From an uncultured Actinomycetes bacterium (lineage in GTDB: Bacteria; Actinomycetota; UBA4738; HRBIN12), in the NCBI GenBank assembly GCA_963704885.1, contig CAVPIB010000003.1:1-24126 (forward strand): 24,126 nt of DNA. Reading direction: 5' to 3'. The notes below the pieces were generated by a model. The model saw only the letters and a list, made by a program, of their open reading frames with translations. It was not told the origin of the DNA and did no database searches. Every line of letters begins with the position of its first letter. Position 1 is the stretch's first letter. Below are positions 1 to 8,882 of this stretch, piece by piece. Position numbers and translations under genes: made by a program.

Positions 1-1
1 C

Positions 2-109
2 GAGGTGGTCACCTCGGTTGCCACGAGTGCGTCGGAACTCCCCGGCTATCGCATCGCCGAGGAGGCGCCGGCGCTCCGGCACTTCACCGCCCGCTTCGAG
101 CCATCTTGA
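2..109 (+). CDS. tnaA: 3' end of tryptophanase / tyrosine phenol-lyase family PLP enzyme (partial, runs off the left edge)
   Basis: Not in the ORF track. Frame 2 reads EVVTSVATSASELPGYRIAEEAPALRHFTARFEPS* (TGA 107-109). The LRHFTARF terminus is characteristic of tryptophanase/TPL; tnaA and tpl cannot be distinguished from this fragment. Confidence 0.7.
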   Translation, partial: EVVTSVATSASELPGYRIAEEAPALRHFTARFEPS

Positions 110-176
110 GAACGGCCGTCAAGCAACCCCTCCGAAGTACCGAAACTCCCTGCAGGAGATCGGAAAGGTTGCCCAC

Positions 177-833
177 TTGAGCTTGGACAGGTCATCCAGC
201 AGCTTCCGCACCTTGATCGTGGGCTCCGCGTTCGTGCTCGGGGGGCTCATCGGCCTCATCGATGGCCTCTCGAGCGCCTATATCGCGTTCTCGATCTTCT
301 ATCTGATCCCGATCTTCCTGGCAGCCTGGTTCGGCAACCGAACCGTCGCCATCTCGGTCGCTCTTGTCTGCGCTCTAGCCGGATTCGTTGCGGACCTGTG
401 GACGTTCGATGCCCTGGACGTGAGCACCCTGTTCGCGGTCACGAACCTCGTTCTTCGCATCGCGCTGTTCGTGCTCATGGCGATCGTCTTGTCCCAGCTC
501 CACGACGCCATGGGTCGGGAGCAAGAGCTGGCCGAGCGCGAACGCGAAGCGTCCCTGCGCCTGCATGACCTCAACGAGTTGAAGGGTCAGCTGATGCGCT
601 CAGTCGCCGTGGACGCCCGCGAGCCTCTGGGCGACATCTACGCCAGGGTCGTAACGCTCGGTTTCGACATGCCGAACATGAGCATGGGCGAGTCACGAGA
701 GGTCCTGAACGAGATCGCCGACGCGAGCCGTCGCCTTTCCGGCCTGGTGAACACCCTTCTCGACGAGAAGCGCCTGGCACCGGTTGCGCCTCAACCAGAG
801 GCGGAGTCCGGCGCCACCACACAACCCGGCTGA
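177..833 (+). CDS. Membrane protein: about 4 TM helices (DUF4118-like sensor region), coiled coil and degenerate HisKA-like dimerisation domain; no ATPase domain
   Basis: Hydrophobic segments from LIVGSAFVLGGLIGL to LRIALFVLMAIVL, then a charged helix and ELKGQLMRSVAVDAREPL...RRLSGLVNTLLD, which resembles the HisKA helices. Start placed at TTG 177 (GAAAGG at 163-168); the ORF-track extension to 18 overlaps the upstream gene. Confidence 0.7.
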   Translation: MSLDRSSSSFRTLIVGSAFVLGGLIGLIDGLSSAYIAFSIFYLIPIFLAAWFGNRTVAISVALVCALAGFVADLWTFDALDVSTLFAVTNLVLRIALFVLMAIVLSQLHDAMGREQELAEREREASLRLHDLNELKGQLMRSVAVDAREPLGDIYARVVTLGFDMPNMSMGESREVLNEIADASRRLSGLVNTLLDEKRLAPVAPQPEAESGATTQPG

Positions 834-870
834 GGGATCTCGATCGGGCGGTCGCGAGCTCCAGTGGCGA

Positions 871-876
871 TATCGT
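871..876 (+). promoter_or_regulatory. Putative -10 element (TATCGT) for a leaderless GT4 transcript
   Basis: TANNNT lies 8 nt before ATG 885, with no clear Shine-Dalgarno site. Confidence 0.4.
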
Positions 877-884
877 TGGCGGCG

Positions 885-1952
885 ATGTCGCCGACGATCC
901 CGTCCGCAACGCGACTCCGGGTCGCGATGCTCGCCCCGATCTCGTGGCGTGTGCCGCCGCGACACTACGGCCCGTGGGAACAGTTCGTGTCGCTGCTCAC
1001 CGAGGGGTTGGTCGAACGAGGTCTTGACGTGACCCTGTTCGCGTCCGCGGACTCGACCACCGCCGCTCGTCTGGTCGGAACGATCCCGACGGGCTATTCG
1101 GAAGACCCCGACCTCGACGCGAAGGTTTGGGAGGCTTTGCACATCGCAACAGTCTTCGAACGGGCGGATGAGTTCGACCTGATCCACAACAGCTTCGACT
1201 TCCTGCCGCTCACCTACAGCGGCCTGGTCGAGACGCCTGTCGTCACCACGATCCACGGCTTCTCGTCCGAGCGGATCGTGCCTGTGTTCGAGCGATACGA
1301 CGGCCGGGGCTACTACGTGGCCATCAGCGACGCCGACCGGCACCCCAAGCTCGACTACGCCGCGACGATCCACCACGGCATCGACATGGGGCGGTTCACC
1401 TTGCGAACGACGCCGGGGAGCTACCTGCTGTTCTTCGGACGGATCCATCCCGAGAAGGGCGCCGCCGAGGCGATCGAGGTCGCGCGGCGCGCGGGCTTGC
1501 CGTTGACGATCGCGGGCATCGTGCAAGACGAGGACTACTTCCACGAGTCGGTCGAACCTCATGTCGACGGAGAGCTGGTCAGCTACATCGGACCCGTTGG
1601 GCCCGATGTTCGGAGCGAGCTGCTCGGCGGTGCGCGCGCTCTGCTGCATCTGATCGATTTCGAGGAGCCGTTCGGGTTCAGCGTCGTCGAGGCCATGGCG
1701 TGCGGCACGCCGGTGATCGCCAACCCTCGCGGGTCTATGCCCGAGATAGTCCGCCACGCGGAGAACGGATACCTGGTCGATTCCGTCGACCAAGCGGTCG
1801 ACGCGGTCGAGCTGGCGCAACACATGGACCGGATCGCGGTACGCGCATCGGTCGAGCGCCGTTTCAGCGTGACCCGGATGGTCGACGAGTACGTCGCGCT
1901 CTATCACCGGGTGGTCGCGGAACATCGGCGGCGATCCTCTACCGGGCCATGA
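885..1952 (+). CDS. Glycosyltransferase family 4 (GT-B fold)
   Basis: Motifs RVAMLAP..VPPRHYGPWE, FFGRIHPEKG and EEPFGFSVVEAMACGTPVI (EX7E). Start at ATG 885 is preferred over GTG 864. Confidence 0.92.
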   Translation: MSPTIPSATRLRVAMLAPISWRVPPRHYGPWEQFVSLLTEGLVERGLDVTLFASADSTTAARLVGTIPTGYSEDPDLDAKVWEALHIATVFERADEFDLIHNSFDFLPLTYSGLVETPVVTTIHGFSSERIVPVFERYDGRGYYVAISDADRHPKLDYAATIHHGIDMGRFTLRTTPGSYLLFFGRIHPEKGAAEAIEVARRAGLPLTIAGIVQDEDYFHESVEPHVDGELVSYIGPVGPDVRSELLGGARALLHLIDFEEPFGFSVVEAMACGTPVIANPRGSMPEIVRHAENGYLVDSVDQAVDAVELAQHMDRIAVRASVERRFSVTRMVDEYVALYHRVVAEHRRRSSTGP

Positions 1953-3182
1953 AGACGGGTCCCGGCGGCGAACAGACGCCGTTCCGCCTGGGGATCAACT
2001 ACTGGCCAGCACGCACGGCCATGCGGTGGTGGACCGCGTTCGACCCCGCCGAGGTCGCCGACGACTTCGAGCGGATCGCTGCGGGTCGCTTCGACTCGGT
2101 TCGGCTGTTCCTTCGATGGGAGGACTTCCAGCCGGAGCCGGACCGAGTGGACCAGGTCATGATCCGACGCTTGATGACCGTCGCCGATCTGGCCGCAGGA
2201 GCTCGCCTTCGCATCATGCCCACGCTGTTCACGGGTCACATGAGCGGTGCGAACTGGATCCCGGGATGGGCCCTGGGCGGACTCGAGCGAGACGATCGAT
2301 TCCGGGTGGTCTCCGGGGGCAAGGTGGTCTCCGCTGGGATCCGCAACTGGTACGCAGACGCTTCCGTCGCTCGGGCCCAGGCGCTCCTCGCCGGCGAGGC
2401 CGCAAGAGCGCTGGCGGGCCACGAGTCGCTGTGGGCGTGGGACCTCGGCAACGAGAACTCGAATTGCGTCGTTCCAACCGATCGCGCGCAGGCCAGAGGG
2501 TGGCTCGCGCAGGTGGCCTCGGCCATCCGGGCCGCCGATGACTCTGCGCTCATCACCATCGGGCTCCACATGGAGGACCTGGAGGAGGATCGGAGGCTCG
2601 GACCGCGAGAGGCCGCAGAGGTCTGCGACTTCCTCACGATGCACGGGTACCCGATCTACGCCGCATGGGCGGAGGGCGGAACCGATCCCCACCTGGTGCC
2701 GTTCCTGGCGCTGATCACTCGGTGGCTCGGCGGAGGTCTCGACGTGCTGTTCTCCGAGTTCGGACTGCCGACATTGCGGCCGGGGGATCCCGACGAGGAT
2801 CGGGCTCGTTCGCAGAGCGCATCGCCGCCCGTGGAAGAGGATGAGGCGGCGCGCTACACGGGTGAGGTCCTGGCGGGCCTCGTAGAGCGCCGGATGCACG
2901 GGCGCGATGCTGTGGTGCTACTCGGACTACTCCTCGGATATATGGACGGAACCGCCGCTCGACGAGGCGGTGCACGAGCGTCACTTCGGGCTATGGCGAG
3001 CCGACGCCTCGGCGAAGCCCGCACTCGAGGCGATCGCCGCCTTCGCCCGCGCTTCACGCCTAGCTGTTCCCGGCGACGGCTGGATCGACATCGACCAGGA
3101 CCGCTACTGGGAACGACCGGGCGAAGAACTTCCTCGCCTCTATCGCCGTTACCGCGACCGGGCGGCAACCCCTTCTATGTGA
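1949..3182 (+). pseudogene. Clan GH-A (GH5-like, beta-mannanase/cellulase-type) glycoside hydrolase interrupted by a frameshift at about 2882-2890 (true pseudogene or sequencing error)
   Basis: ATG 1949 overlaps the GT4 stop (ATGA). Motifs GINYWP, WDLGNE (acid/base), TMHGYP and FSEFG (nucleophile) are in frame 2. The expected C-terminus AGCTGAMLWCYSDY..PPLDEAVHERHFGLWR continues in frame 3 from 2889 to TGA 3182. Confidence 0.8.
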
Positions 3183-3999
3183 GCGTCTGCTCCAGAGCGC
3201 GGCGAACGAGCACCTTGGCCAGCTCTCGCCGGTACTCGGCGCTGCCGAACGAGTCCGAAGGCGGGCTGGTGCCCTCATCGGCTCGGGCCGCCGCCGTGGC
3301 CGGATCCGAGCCACCACCCAGCGCCTCCTCTACACCGGAGGCACGCAGCGGCGTCTCGCCCATGTTGGTCAGCGCCACGTGCGCGGCGCCGTTCGAGCGA
3401 ACAGCGGCCACACCCACCAGCGCCCAATCCTGAGCGCGACGGTGGAACTTGATGTAGCTCCACCCGGCGTCGTTCGTCACCGGAACCCGTACCTCGGTCA
3501 GCACCTCGTTCGCCGCAAGGTCCGGCGTGAAGAGGCCTTTGAAGAAGTCGCCGGCCGCCACGGTGCGAGAGGCCCCGCCGGCACCACGCACCACGAACTC
3601 CGCGCCAAGCGCGACCATGACGGTCGGCAGGTCGGAGGCCGGGTCCGCGTGCGCGATGGAGCCGCCGATGGTCCCCATGTGCCGGACCTGCGGATCACCG
3701 ATCTCACTGGCCGTGTGAGCCACGATGGGACACAGTTCCTGAAGAGCCTCGCTGTTCGCGACGTCGTGGTGACGGGTAAGGGCGCCGATCGCCACCATGT
3801 CCCCGTCCTGCTTGACGTAGGAAAGGTCGCCGACCCGTCCGATGTCCACCAGCAGCGATGGTCTCGCCAAGCGGAACCTCATCAGCGGCAGCAGGGAATG
3901 CCCTCCGGCCAGGATCTTGGCGTCTTCGTTCGTGGACAGGAGCTCGATCGTGTGGTCGATGCTCTCGGCCCGCGCGTACTCGAACGATGCCGGGATCAT
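3175..3999 (-). CDS. coxM: FAD-binding medium subunit of a xanthine dehydrogenase-family (form II Cox-like) molybdoenzyme
   Basis: Motifs AKILAGGHSLLPLM and DPQVRHMGTIGGSIAHADPASD; ATGA overlap with the large subunit gene. Confidence 0.92.
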   Translation of the reverse strand: MIPASFEYARAESIDHTIELLSTNEDAKILAGGHSLLPLMRFRLARPSLLVDIGRVGDLSYVKQDGDMVAIGALTRHHDVANSEALQELCPIVAHTASEIGDPQVRHMGTIGGSIAHADPASDLPTVMVALGAEFVVRGAGGASRTVAAGDFFKGLFTPDLAANEVLTEVRVPVTNDAGWSYIKFHRRAQDWALVGVAAVRSNGAAHVALTNMGETPLRASGVEEALGGGSDPATAAARADEGTSPPSDSFGSAEYRRELAKVLVRRALEQTLT

Positions 4000-6353
4000 G
4001 CGCCACCTCCTTGCGCGTCCTTGATAGCTCGCCAGACCCGCTCGGGCGAGGCGGGCTTGCCGATGTCCGTCACGCCCAGATGTGAGACGGCGTCGACCAC
4101 GGCGTTGATCACCGCGGGGGGCGATGCGATCGTGCCGGCCTCGCCGATCCCCTTGACGCCCAGAGGGTTGGTCGTGGACGGCGTGACAGTGCGGTCGAGC
4201 GTGAACTCGGGCAGCTCGGTAGCGCCCGGGACCAGGTACTGCGTCATGGAGCTGGTCGCCAGGTTGCCGCTCTCGTCGTAGATCGCCTCTTCGTAGAGAG
4301 CCTCGGCGATGCCCTGCGCCACGCCGCCGTGAACCTGCCCCTCAACGATCATCGGATTGATCACGGTGCCGCAGTCATCGACCGCCACGTAACGTAGGAT
4401 CTCGGTCGCGCCGGTCTCGGTGTCGACCTCGACGACACAGACGTGCGAGCCGGCGGGCCACGTGAAGTTCGGCGGATCGTAGACCGCCGTGGCCTCCAGG
4501 TTGGGTTCGTAGCCGGCCGGCAGGTTGTGCGCGTGCCATGAGGTGAGCGCCAGCTCCGGGATGGTCCTGGCCTTGTCCGGAGCGCCCTTCACGCGCCAGG
4601 CGTCATCGGCGTACTCCAGGTCGTCCTCGGCCACCTCCAGCTCGTGCGCGGCCAATACCCGAGCCTTCTCCTTGATCTTCTCTATGGCGAAGTGCAGCGC
4701 GACCCCGCCAACAGACAGCGAACGCGACCCGTACGTGTCCATACCGAGCGGGGTGAGCGCGGTGTCTCCGTGCATCACATCGATGTCGTCCGGTGAGACA
4801 CCCAGCCCGTCGGCCACGATCTGGGACCAACTGGTCTCGTGGCCCTGGCCGTGCGGCGACGTGCCCGTCGACACGACGATCTTGCCGGTCGGCAGACAGC
4901 GGATGGTCGCGGCGTCCCAGCCACCTGCGGCGTATCGGAGCGCTCCCAGGATGTTCGAGGGCGCCAGGCCGCACATCTCGATGTAGGTCGAGAGCCCGAT
5001 CCCGATCTGCATGGTGTCGCCGCTGTCACGCCGGGCCTGCTGCTCCTTGCGGAACTGCTGGTAATCGGCAAGCTCCAGCGCGCGATCGAACGCCGGCTCG
5101 TAGTTGCCGGAGTCGACGCTCAGCCCGCAGATGAACGCGGTCGCCTCGTCGAAGGGCGCATGGAAGTTCATCCGGCGAACCTCGGCCGGGTCCTTTCCGA
5201 TCCTCCGCGCGAACGAGTCGACGAGCCGTTCGAGGACGTACGTGGCCTCCGGCCGGCCGGCGCCGCGGTAGGCATCGGTCGGCGTGGCGTTGGTGAGCAC
5301 TCCGCGGAACTCGAACCAATAGGCCTGCGGGTCGTAAGGACCCATGTAGACCCAGCCCCCGAGCTCGGGGATGCCGGGCGTGAGCAGCTGGTAGTACGCG
5401 CCCATGTCCGCGATCTCCACGAACTTGAGTCCTAGGATCTTGCCGTCCTCGGTGCCCGCCAGAGTGCAGTCGTGGGTCACGCCTCGGCCGTGGATGGTGG
5501 CGATGTAGTTCTCGCTGCGTTCTTCGATCCACTTCACCGGCCGGCCGGTGACCTTAGTGAGGGTCAACGCCAGGGCTTCCTCCGCGTAGACGTTCAGCTT
5601 GGAGCCGAACCCGCCCCCCACGTCCGGCGCGATCACGCGGAGCTTCTCCTCGGGGATCCCACACACGCCCGAGAGCGTGACCTTGGCGATGTGCGGGATC
5701 TGCGTGGCGGTCCAGAGCGTGAACTCGCCCATGGAGGGGATAGAGGTGGCCAGGCAGCCGCGGGGCTCGATGGCGTTCGGGATCAGCCTCGGCTGGTGGT
5801 AATGCTCCTGGACGATCACGGGCGCGTTCTCGAACAAGTCCTGATCGCCAGCACCGCCGTGGCTCCAGTGAACCGAAACGTTGGAGCCGAGCTCCTCGTG
5901 GATCAACGGCGCGCCGTCGGCCATCGCGGCTTCCATGTCGGTCATGGCCGGCAGCTCCGTGACGTTCACGGTCACGGACTCGGCCGCGTCCAAGGCCTGC
6001 TCCCTGGTCTCGGCCACCACTACCGCCACCGCGTCACCGTGGTACCGGATCTTGTCCTTGGTCAGGGGGTAGTGGTTCGGGATCTTGATGTCCTCGGTGA
6101 TCGGCCAGACGAACGGGAGGCCGCCGACCTCCAGGTCGGCGGCCGTGTAGACGCCGACCACGCCAGGCATCGACACCGCGACAGCGGTGTCGATCGAGTC
6201 GATCGTGGCATGGACGTAAGGCGGGCGGACCATGGCCATCCACACCATCCCGGGGAGGGTGTGATTGTCGATGTAGCTGGCCTGTCCGGTCAGGAGCTCC
6301 GGGTCCTCCTTGCGCAGGACCTCGGCCCCGATGTACTGCTCAGTGGTCGCCAT
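3996..6353 (-). CDS. coxL: Molybdopterin-binding large subunit, form II CoxL-like (substrate unknown)
   Basis: Start ATG 6353 (MATTEQYIG). Motifs DVGGGFGSK, active-site loop AYRGAGR (5253-5273), HGQGHET, TYGSRS, EGQVHGG and GVKGIGEAG. Confidence 0.92.
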   Translation of the reverse strand: MATTEQYIGAEVLRKEDPELLTGQASYIDNHTLPGMVWMAMVRPPYVHATIDSIDTAVAVSMPGVVGVYTAADLEVGGLPFVWPITEDIKIPNHYPLTKDKIRYHGDAVAVVVAETREQALDAAESVTVNVTELPAMTDMEAAMADGAPLIHEELGSNVSVHWSHGGAGDQDLFENAPVIVQEHYHQPRLIPNAIEPRGCLATSIPSMGEFTLWTATQIPHIAKVTLSGVCGIPEEKLRVIAPDVGGGFGSKLNVYAEEALALTLTKVTGRPVKWIEERSENYIATIHGRGVTHDCTLAGTEDGKILGLKFVEIADMGAYYQLLTPGIPELGGWVYMGPYDPQAYWFEFRGVLTNATPTDAYRGAGRPEATYVLERLVDSFARRIGKDPAEVRRMNFHAPFDEATAFICGLSVDSGNYEPAFDRALELADYQQFRKEQQARRDSGDTMQIGIGLSTYIEMCGLAPSNILGALRYAAGGWDAATIRCLPTGKIVVSTGTSPHGQGHETSWSQIVADGLGVSPDDIDVMHGDTALTPLGMDTYGSRSLSVGGVALHFAIEKIKEKARVLAAHELEVAEDDLEYADDAWRVKGAPDKARTIPELALTSWHAHNLPAGYEPNLEATAVYDPPNFTWPAGSHVCVVEVDTETGATEILRYVAVDDCGTVINPMIVEGQVHGGVAQGIAEALYEEAIYDESGNLATSSMTQYLVPGATELPEFTLDRTVTPSTTNPLGVKGIGEAGTIASPPAVINAVVDAVSHLGVTDIGKPASPERVWRAIKDAQGGGA

Positions 6354-6364
6354 GGCGCGCCCCC

Positions 6365-6841
6365 TCAGGCCTTCGCGCCGCTCATGGAGCCGGCGGCATC
6401 CAGGATGGACTTGACGATGTTCTGATAGCCCGTGCAGCGACAGAGGTTGCCCTCCAACGCCTCCCGGACGTCTTGCTCCGTCGGTGTGGGGTTCTCCTTC
6501 AGATAGCTGGCCGCCGCCATGATCATGCCGGGCGTGCAGTAGCCGCATTGGAGACCGTGGTTACGGTGGAACGCGTCCTGCAGCGGATGCATCACCCCAT
6601 CGGAAGCCATATCCTCGATGGTGGTGACTGATCGACCGTCGGCCTGCGCCGCCAGCAAGGTGCAGGACTTGACCGACTCCCCGTCCAGCAACACGGTGCA
6701 GCTGCCGCACGACGAGGTGTCGCAACCCACGTTCGTACCGGTGAGCCCGAGGGTCTCTCTGATGAAGTACACGAGGAGCGTGCGCGGCTCGACGTCGGCC
6801 TCGCGCTGAATCCCGTTCACGGTGACGGAGACGTTGGTCAC
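6365..6841 (-). CDS. coxS: 2x[2Fe-2S] small subunit, form II Cox-like
   Basis: Motifs [10 protein letters not shown] and QCGYC...CRCTGY; RBS GAAAGGAG upstream (complement of 6848-6855). Confidence 0.93.
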   Translation of the reverse strand: MTNVSVTVNGIQREADVEPRTLLVYFIRETLGLTGTNVGCDTSSCGSCTVLLDGESVKSCTLLAAQADGRSVTTIEDMASDGVMHPLQDAFHRNHGLQCGYCTPGMIMAAASYLKENPTPTEQDVREALEGNLCRCTGYQNIVKSILDAAGSMSGAKA

Positions 6842-6890
6842 TGGCGACTCCTTTCAGACCGGAGCTGTTGGGGCCGTTCGACAGTGCCGG

Positions 6891-6951
6891 AGTCTAGTCC
6901 TGTCCCTCACTCCGCGCGACCCGAGGAGTGCTCACGCCGTACCATCGGGGT
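6891..6951. promoter_or_regulatory. Divergent promoter region between the form II operon and xdhC
   Basis: Minus-strand TAGACT at 6896-6891; plus-strand TACCAT at 6940-6945, 6 nt before ATG 6952; inverted repeat CACTCC-N11-GGAGTG (6908-6930) between them. Confidence 0.5.
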
Positions 6952-8085
6952 ATGAGCGAGATCACCGACGTGCTCGAAGCCATCGAGTCGCTCTCGGCGA
7001 AGGGTGAACGGATGGCCCTGGCCACGATCGTGGCGGTCCGAGGCTCGACCTACCGGCGCCCCGGCGCCCGCCTGCTGGTCCCCGAGGACGGTGCCCCGAT
7101 CGGCAACATCAGCGGCGGATGCCTGGAGGGCGACGTAGCGGACATGGCCAAGATAGTCATGGAGGAGGGCATCGCGCGACTGGCCGGCTGGGATCTCACG
7201 GCCGACGACGACGATGTCTGGGGCCTCGGTCTGGGGTGCAACGGGGCGATCGAGGTGTTCATCGAACCGGCCGACCGCGCCGCCGAGGTGGCCGGCGCGC
7301 TGCGGATGGCCCTGGAGGAGGAAAGGCCTATCAGTGTGGTGACCGTCCTCGAGTCCGCGATCGCAACCGTGGAGTCAGGTGCCCGGATCGTGGTCAAGCC
7401 CGATGGCACCGGCGAGGGAACGCTCGGCGACGATGCCGTGGACCAGGCGGCGACCGCGGCCGCGCTGGAGCAGCTCGCCGCCCAGAGCTCCGAGATCCGC
7501 ACGATCCCCGGCGAGGTCCGCGCGTTCGTGGAGGTCCTGGAGCCGCCGCTCCGACTGCTGATATGCGGCGCGGGCCACGACGCGATCCCGCTGGTGAAGG
7601 CCGCCTCGATCCTGGGCTGGAACCCGATCGTGGTGGACGACCGAGCCGGGTTCCTGACCCCCGAGCGATACCCCGAGGCCGCCGGGTTCGTCCACGTTGA
7701 GCAGCCGGACGAAGCAGCCAAGGCAGCGGCGGCCGACGAGCGGACGTTCGTCACGGTGATGACGCACAACTTCCTGCGCGACAAGGAGTACCTCCGCTCG
7801 TTCCTGGGCTCCCCCGTCGCATACATCGGGATGCTGGGGCCGGCAGCGCGCACACAGCGGCTCTTCATGGAGCTAGCTGACGAGGGCGTGGTCATCACCG
7901 ACGAGGACCGCGCACGTATCCATGGCCCAGCTGGGCTGGACCTGGGCAGTGAAGGACCGGAGGAGATCGCCGGCTCGATCGTGTCCGAGATCGTCGCGGT
8001 CCGACGCCGCCGGGCCGGTGGATTCCTGAAAGAAAGGCCGGGACCGATCCACGACCGCCCACGCCCAGGCGCCGAAGCGCGCTGA
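6952..8085 (+). CDS. xdhC: XdhC/CoxI-family molybdoenzyme maturation chaperone
   Basis: Motifs LATIVAVRGSTYRRPGARL, ISGGCLE, LGCNGAIEVFIE, ICGAGHDA, YIGMLG and GPAGLDLGSEGPEEIA. Start ATG 6952. Confidence 0.92.
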   Translation: MSEITDVLEAIESLSAKGERMALATIVAVRGSTYRRPGARLLVPEDGAPIGNISGGCLEGDVADMAKIVMEEGIARLAGWDLTADDDDVWGLGLGCNGAIEVFIEPADRAAEVAGALRMALEEERPISVVTVLESAIATVESGARIVVKPDGTGEGTLGDDAVDQAATAAALEQLAAQSSEIRTIPGEVRAFVEVLEPPLRLLICGAGHDAIPLVKAASILGWNPIVVDDRAGFLTPERYPEAAGFVHVEQPDEAAKAAAADERTFVTVMTHNFLRDKEYLRSFLGSPVAYIGMLGPAARTQRLFMELADEGVVITDEDRARIHGPAGLDLGSEGPEEIAGSIVSEIVAVRRRRAGGFLKERPGPIHDRPRPGAEAR

Positions 8086-8106
8086 ACCTCGGTGGGCGAC
8101 CGACGC

Positions 8107-8349
8107 TCACACGTCGTCGCGCACGATGCGCACCACCACCTCCGCAGTGGGGTGCCCGTTCGAGCGCCTGGACCTGAAGCTTCGAACGAGGATCGCGGTG
8201 AGCGCCGTGCTTCCGAGGATGACGCCCGCCACAGCCTTCAGCGACCGGACCGGGGCCGGGACGCGAGCCTCCAGCTCCCGCAGGTCGGTCTCGAGCTGAC
8301 GGCGTGTCTCCTCGATCTCCTTCACCTTGCCATCTGCTGCTTGGCCCAT
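8107..8349 (-). CDS. Small membrane-anchored protein, DUF3618-like
   Basis: N-terminal EIEETRRQLETDLRELEARV helix followed by one hydrophobic segment; lies directly behind and overlaps a holin-like gene, a typical actinobacterial pairing. Confidence 0.6.
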   Translation of the reverse strand: MGQAADGKVKEIEETRRQLETDLRELEARVPAPVRSLKAVAGVILGSTALTAILVRSFRSRRSNGHPTAEVVVRIVRDDV

Positions 8350-8744
8350 CGAGCGTCCTCCTTCATGGTCTCCCTCGTCCGCTCCCCCGCCGAAGGAGCC
8401 GTTCGCAGGGTGCGGCGCCCGACGAGCACGAGCACCCCCGCAACCGCAACGAGCAGGGCGGCCACGATCAGGATCGCCGCCCAGGTGGGCATCACCAGGG
8501 CGAGCGCCGCCGCGACCGCAGCCGCCGCGAACCCCAGGGCGAACAGCGCCACCGCGCCAGCTGCGGCCATCATCCCCGCGCCCTGCGCGCGGATCGATGC
8601 GGCCTCAACCACCTCGATCTTGGCGAGCTCGACCTGCTTGCGGAAGAGCGTGCGGGATCCATCGACGACCGACGCCACGACCACGCCGAACGGCCGCTTC
8701 GCCCCGCCCTCCGGGCTCTCTTGATCACCGTTTCGAGCACTCAC
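8322..8744 (-). CDS. Actinobacterial phage-holin-like family membrane protein (DUF1469-like)
   Basis: LFRKQVELAKIE motif, two TM helices and a C-terminal ERTRETMKEDARW; RBS GAAGGGAGG upstream. Confidence 0.8.
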   Translation of the reverse strand: MSARNGDQESPEGGAKRPFGVVVASVVDGSRTLFRKQVELAKIEVVEAASIRAQGAGMMAAAGAVALFALGFAAAAVAAALALVMPTWAAILIVAALLVAVAGVLVLVGRRTLRTAPSAGERTRETMKEDARWAKQQMAR

Positions 8745-8762
8745 GATCTGGCCTCCCTTCGT

Positions 8763-8855
8763 TGACTACCACTTCCTTACCCTACGCAGTCAGGTTGCCC
8801 GTTCCGGCCAGTCATGCGATAACGAACATCCGTCCGCACGTCGGGCGGTCAGTCA
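8763..8855 (+). promoter_or_regulatory. Putative coxMSL promoter/operator region with repeated CAGTCA boxes
   Basis: CAGTCA at 8787-8792, 8809-8814 and 8850-8855; inverted TGACT at 8763-8767; weak TTGCCC(8795-8800)-N17-GATAAC(8818-8823). Confidence 0.35.
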
Positions 8856-8882
8856 CGCGCCAGCGGAAGGAGATGTGCGCCC

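Noticed and set aside
18-176. N-terminal extension of ORF 18..833
   Set aside because: It is low-complexity Arg/Ser/Pro sequence overlapping the tryptophanase-family 3' end in another frame; a later start is more plausible.
693-1925. Long antisense and alternate-frame ORFs (also 1904..2899, 3379..4281, 5472..6425, 7050..7898, 11313..12752, 12518..13474, 13611..14531, 22093..22959)
   Set aside because: These are shadow ORFs expected at high GC, lying opposite well-supported genes and showing no recognisable motifs.
2879-2910. Programmed ribosomal frameshift in the GH gene
   Set aside because: No slippery sequence or obvious stimulatory structure is present; an indel mutation or sequencing error is simpler.
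1700-3433. 577-aa ORF as a single intact protein
   Set aside because: Its first 83 codons overlap the GT4 gene, and its tail after about 2888 is out-of-frame read-through antisense to coxM.
3996-6353. Calling the minus-strand operon a second true CO dehydrogenase
   Set aside because: The active-site loop is AYRGAGR, without the Cu-ligating Cys, so CO oxidation cannot be inferred.
8107-8744. Prophage or lysis cassette
   Set aside because: There are no endolysin, integrase or structural phage genes, and this holin-like family is common in non-phage actinobacterial loci.
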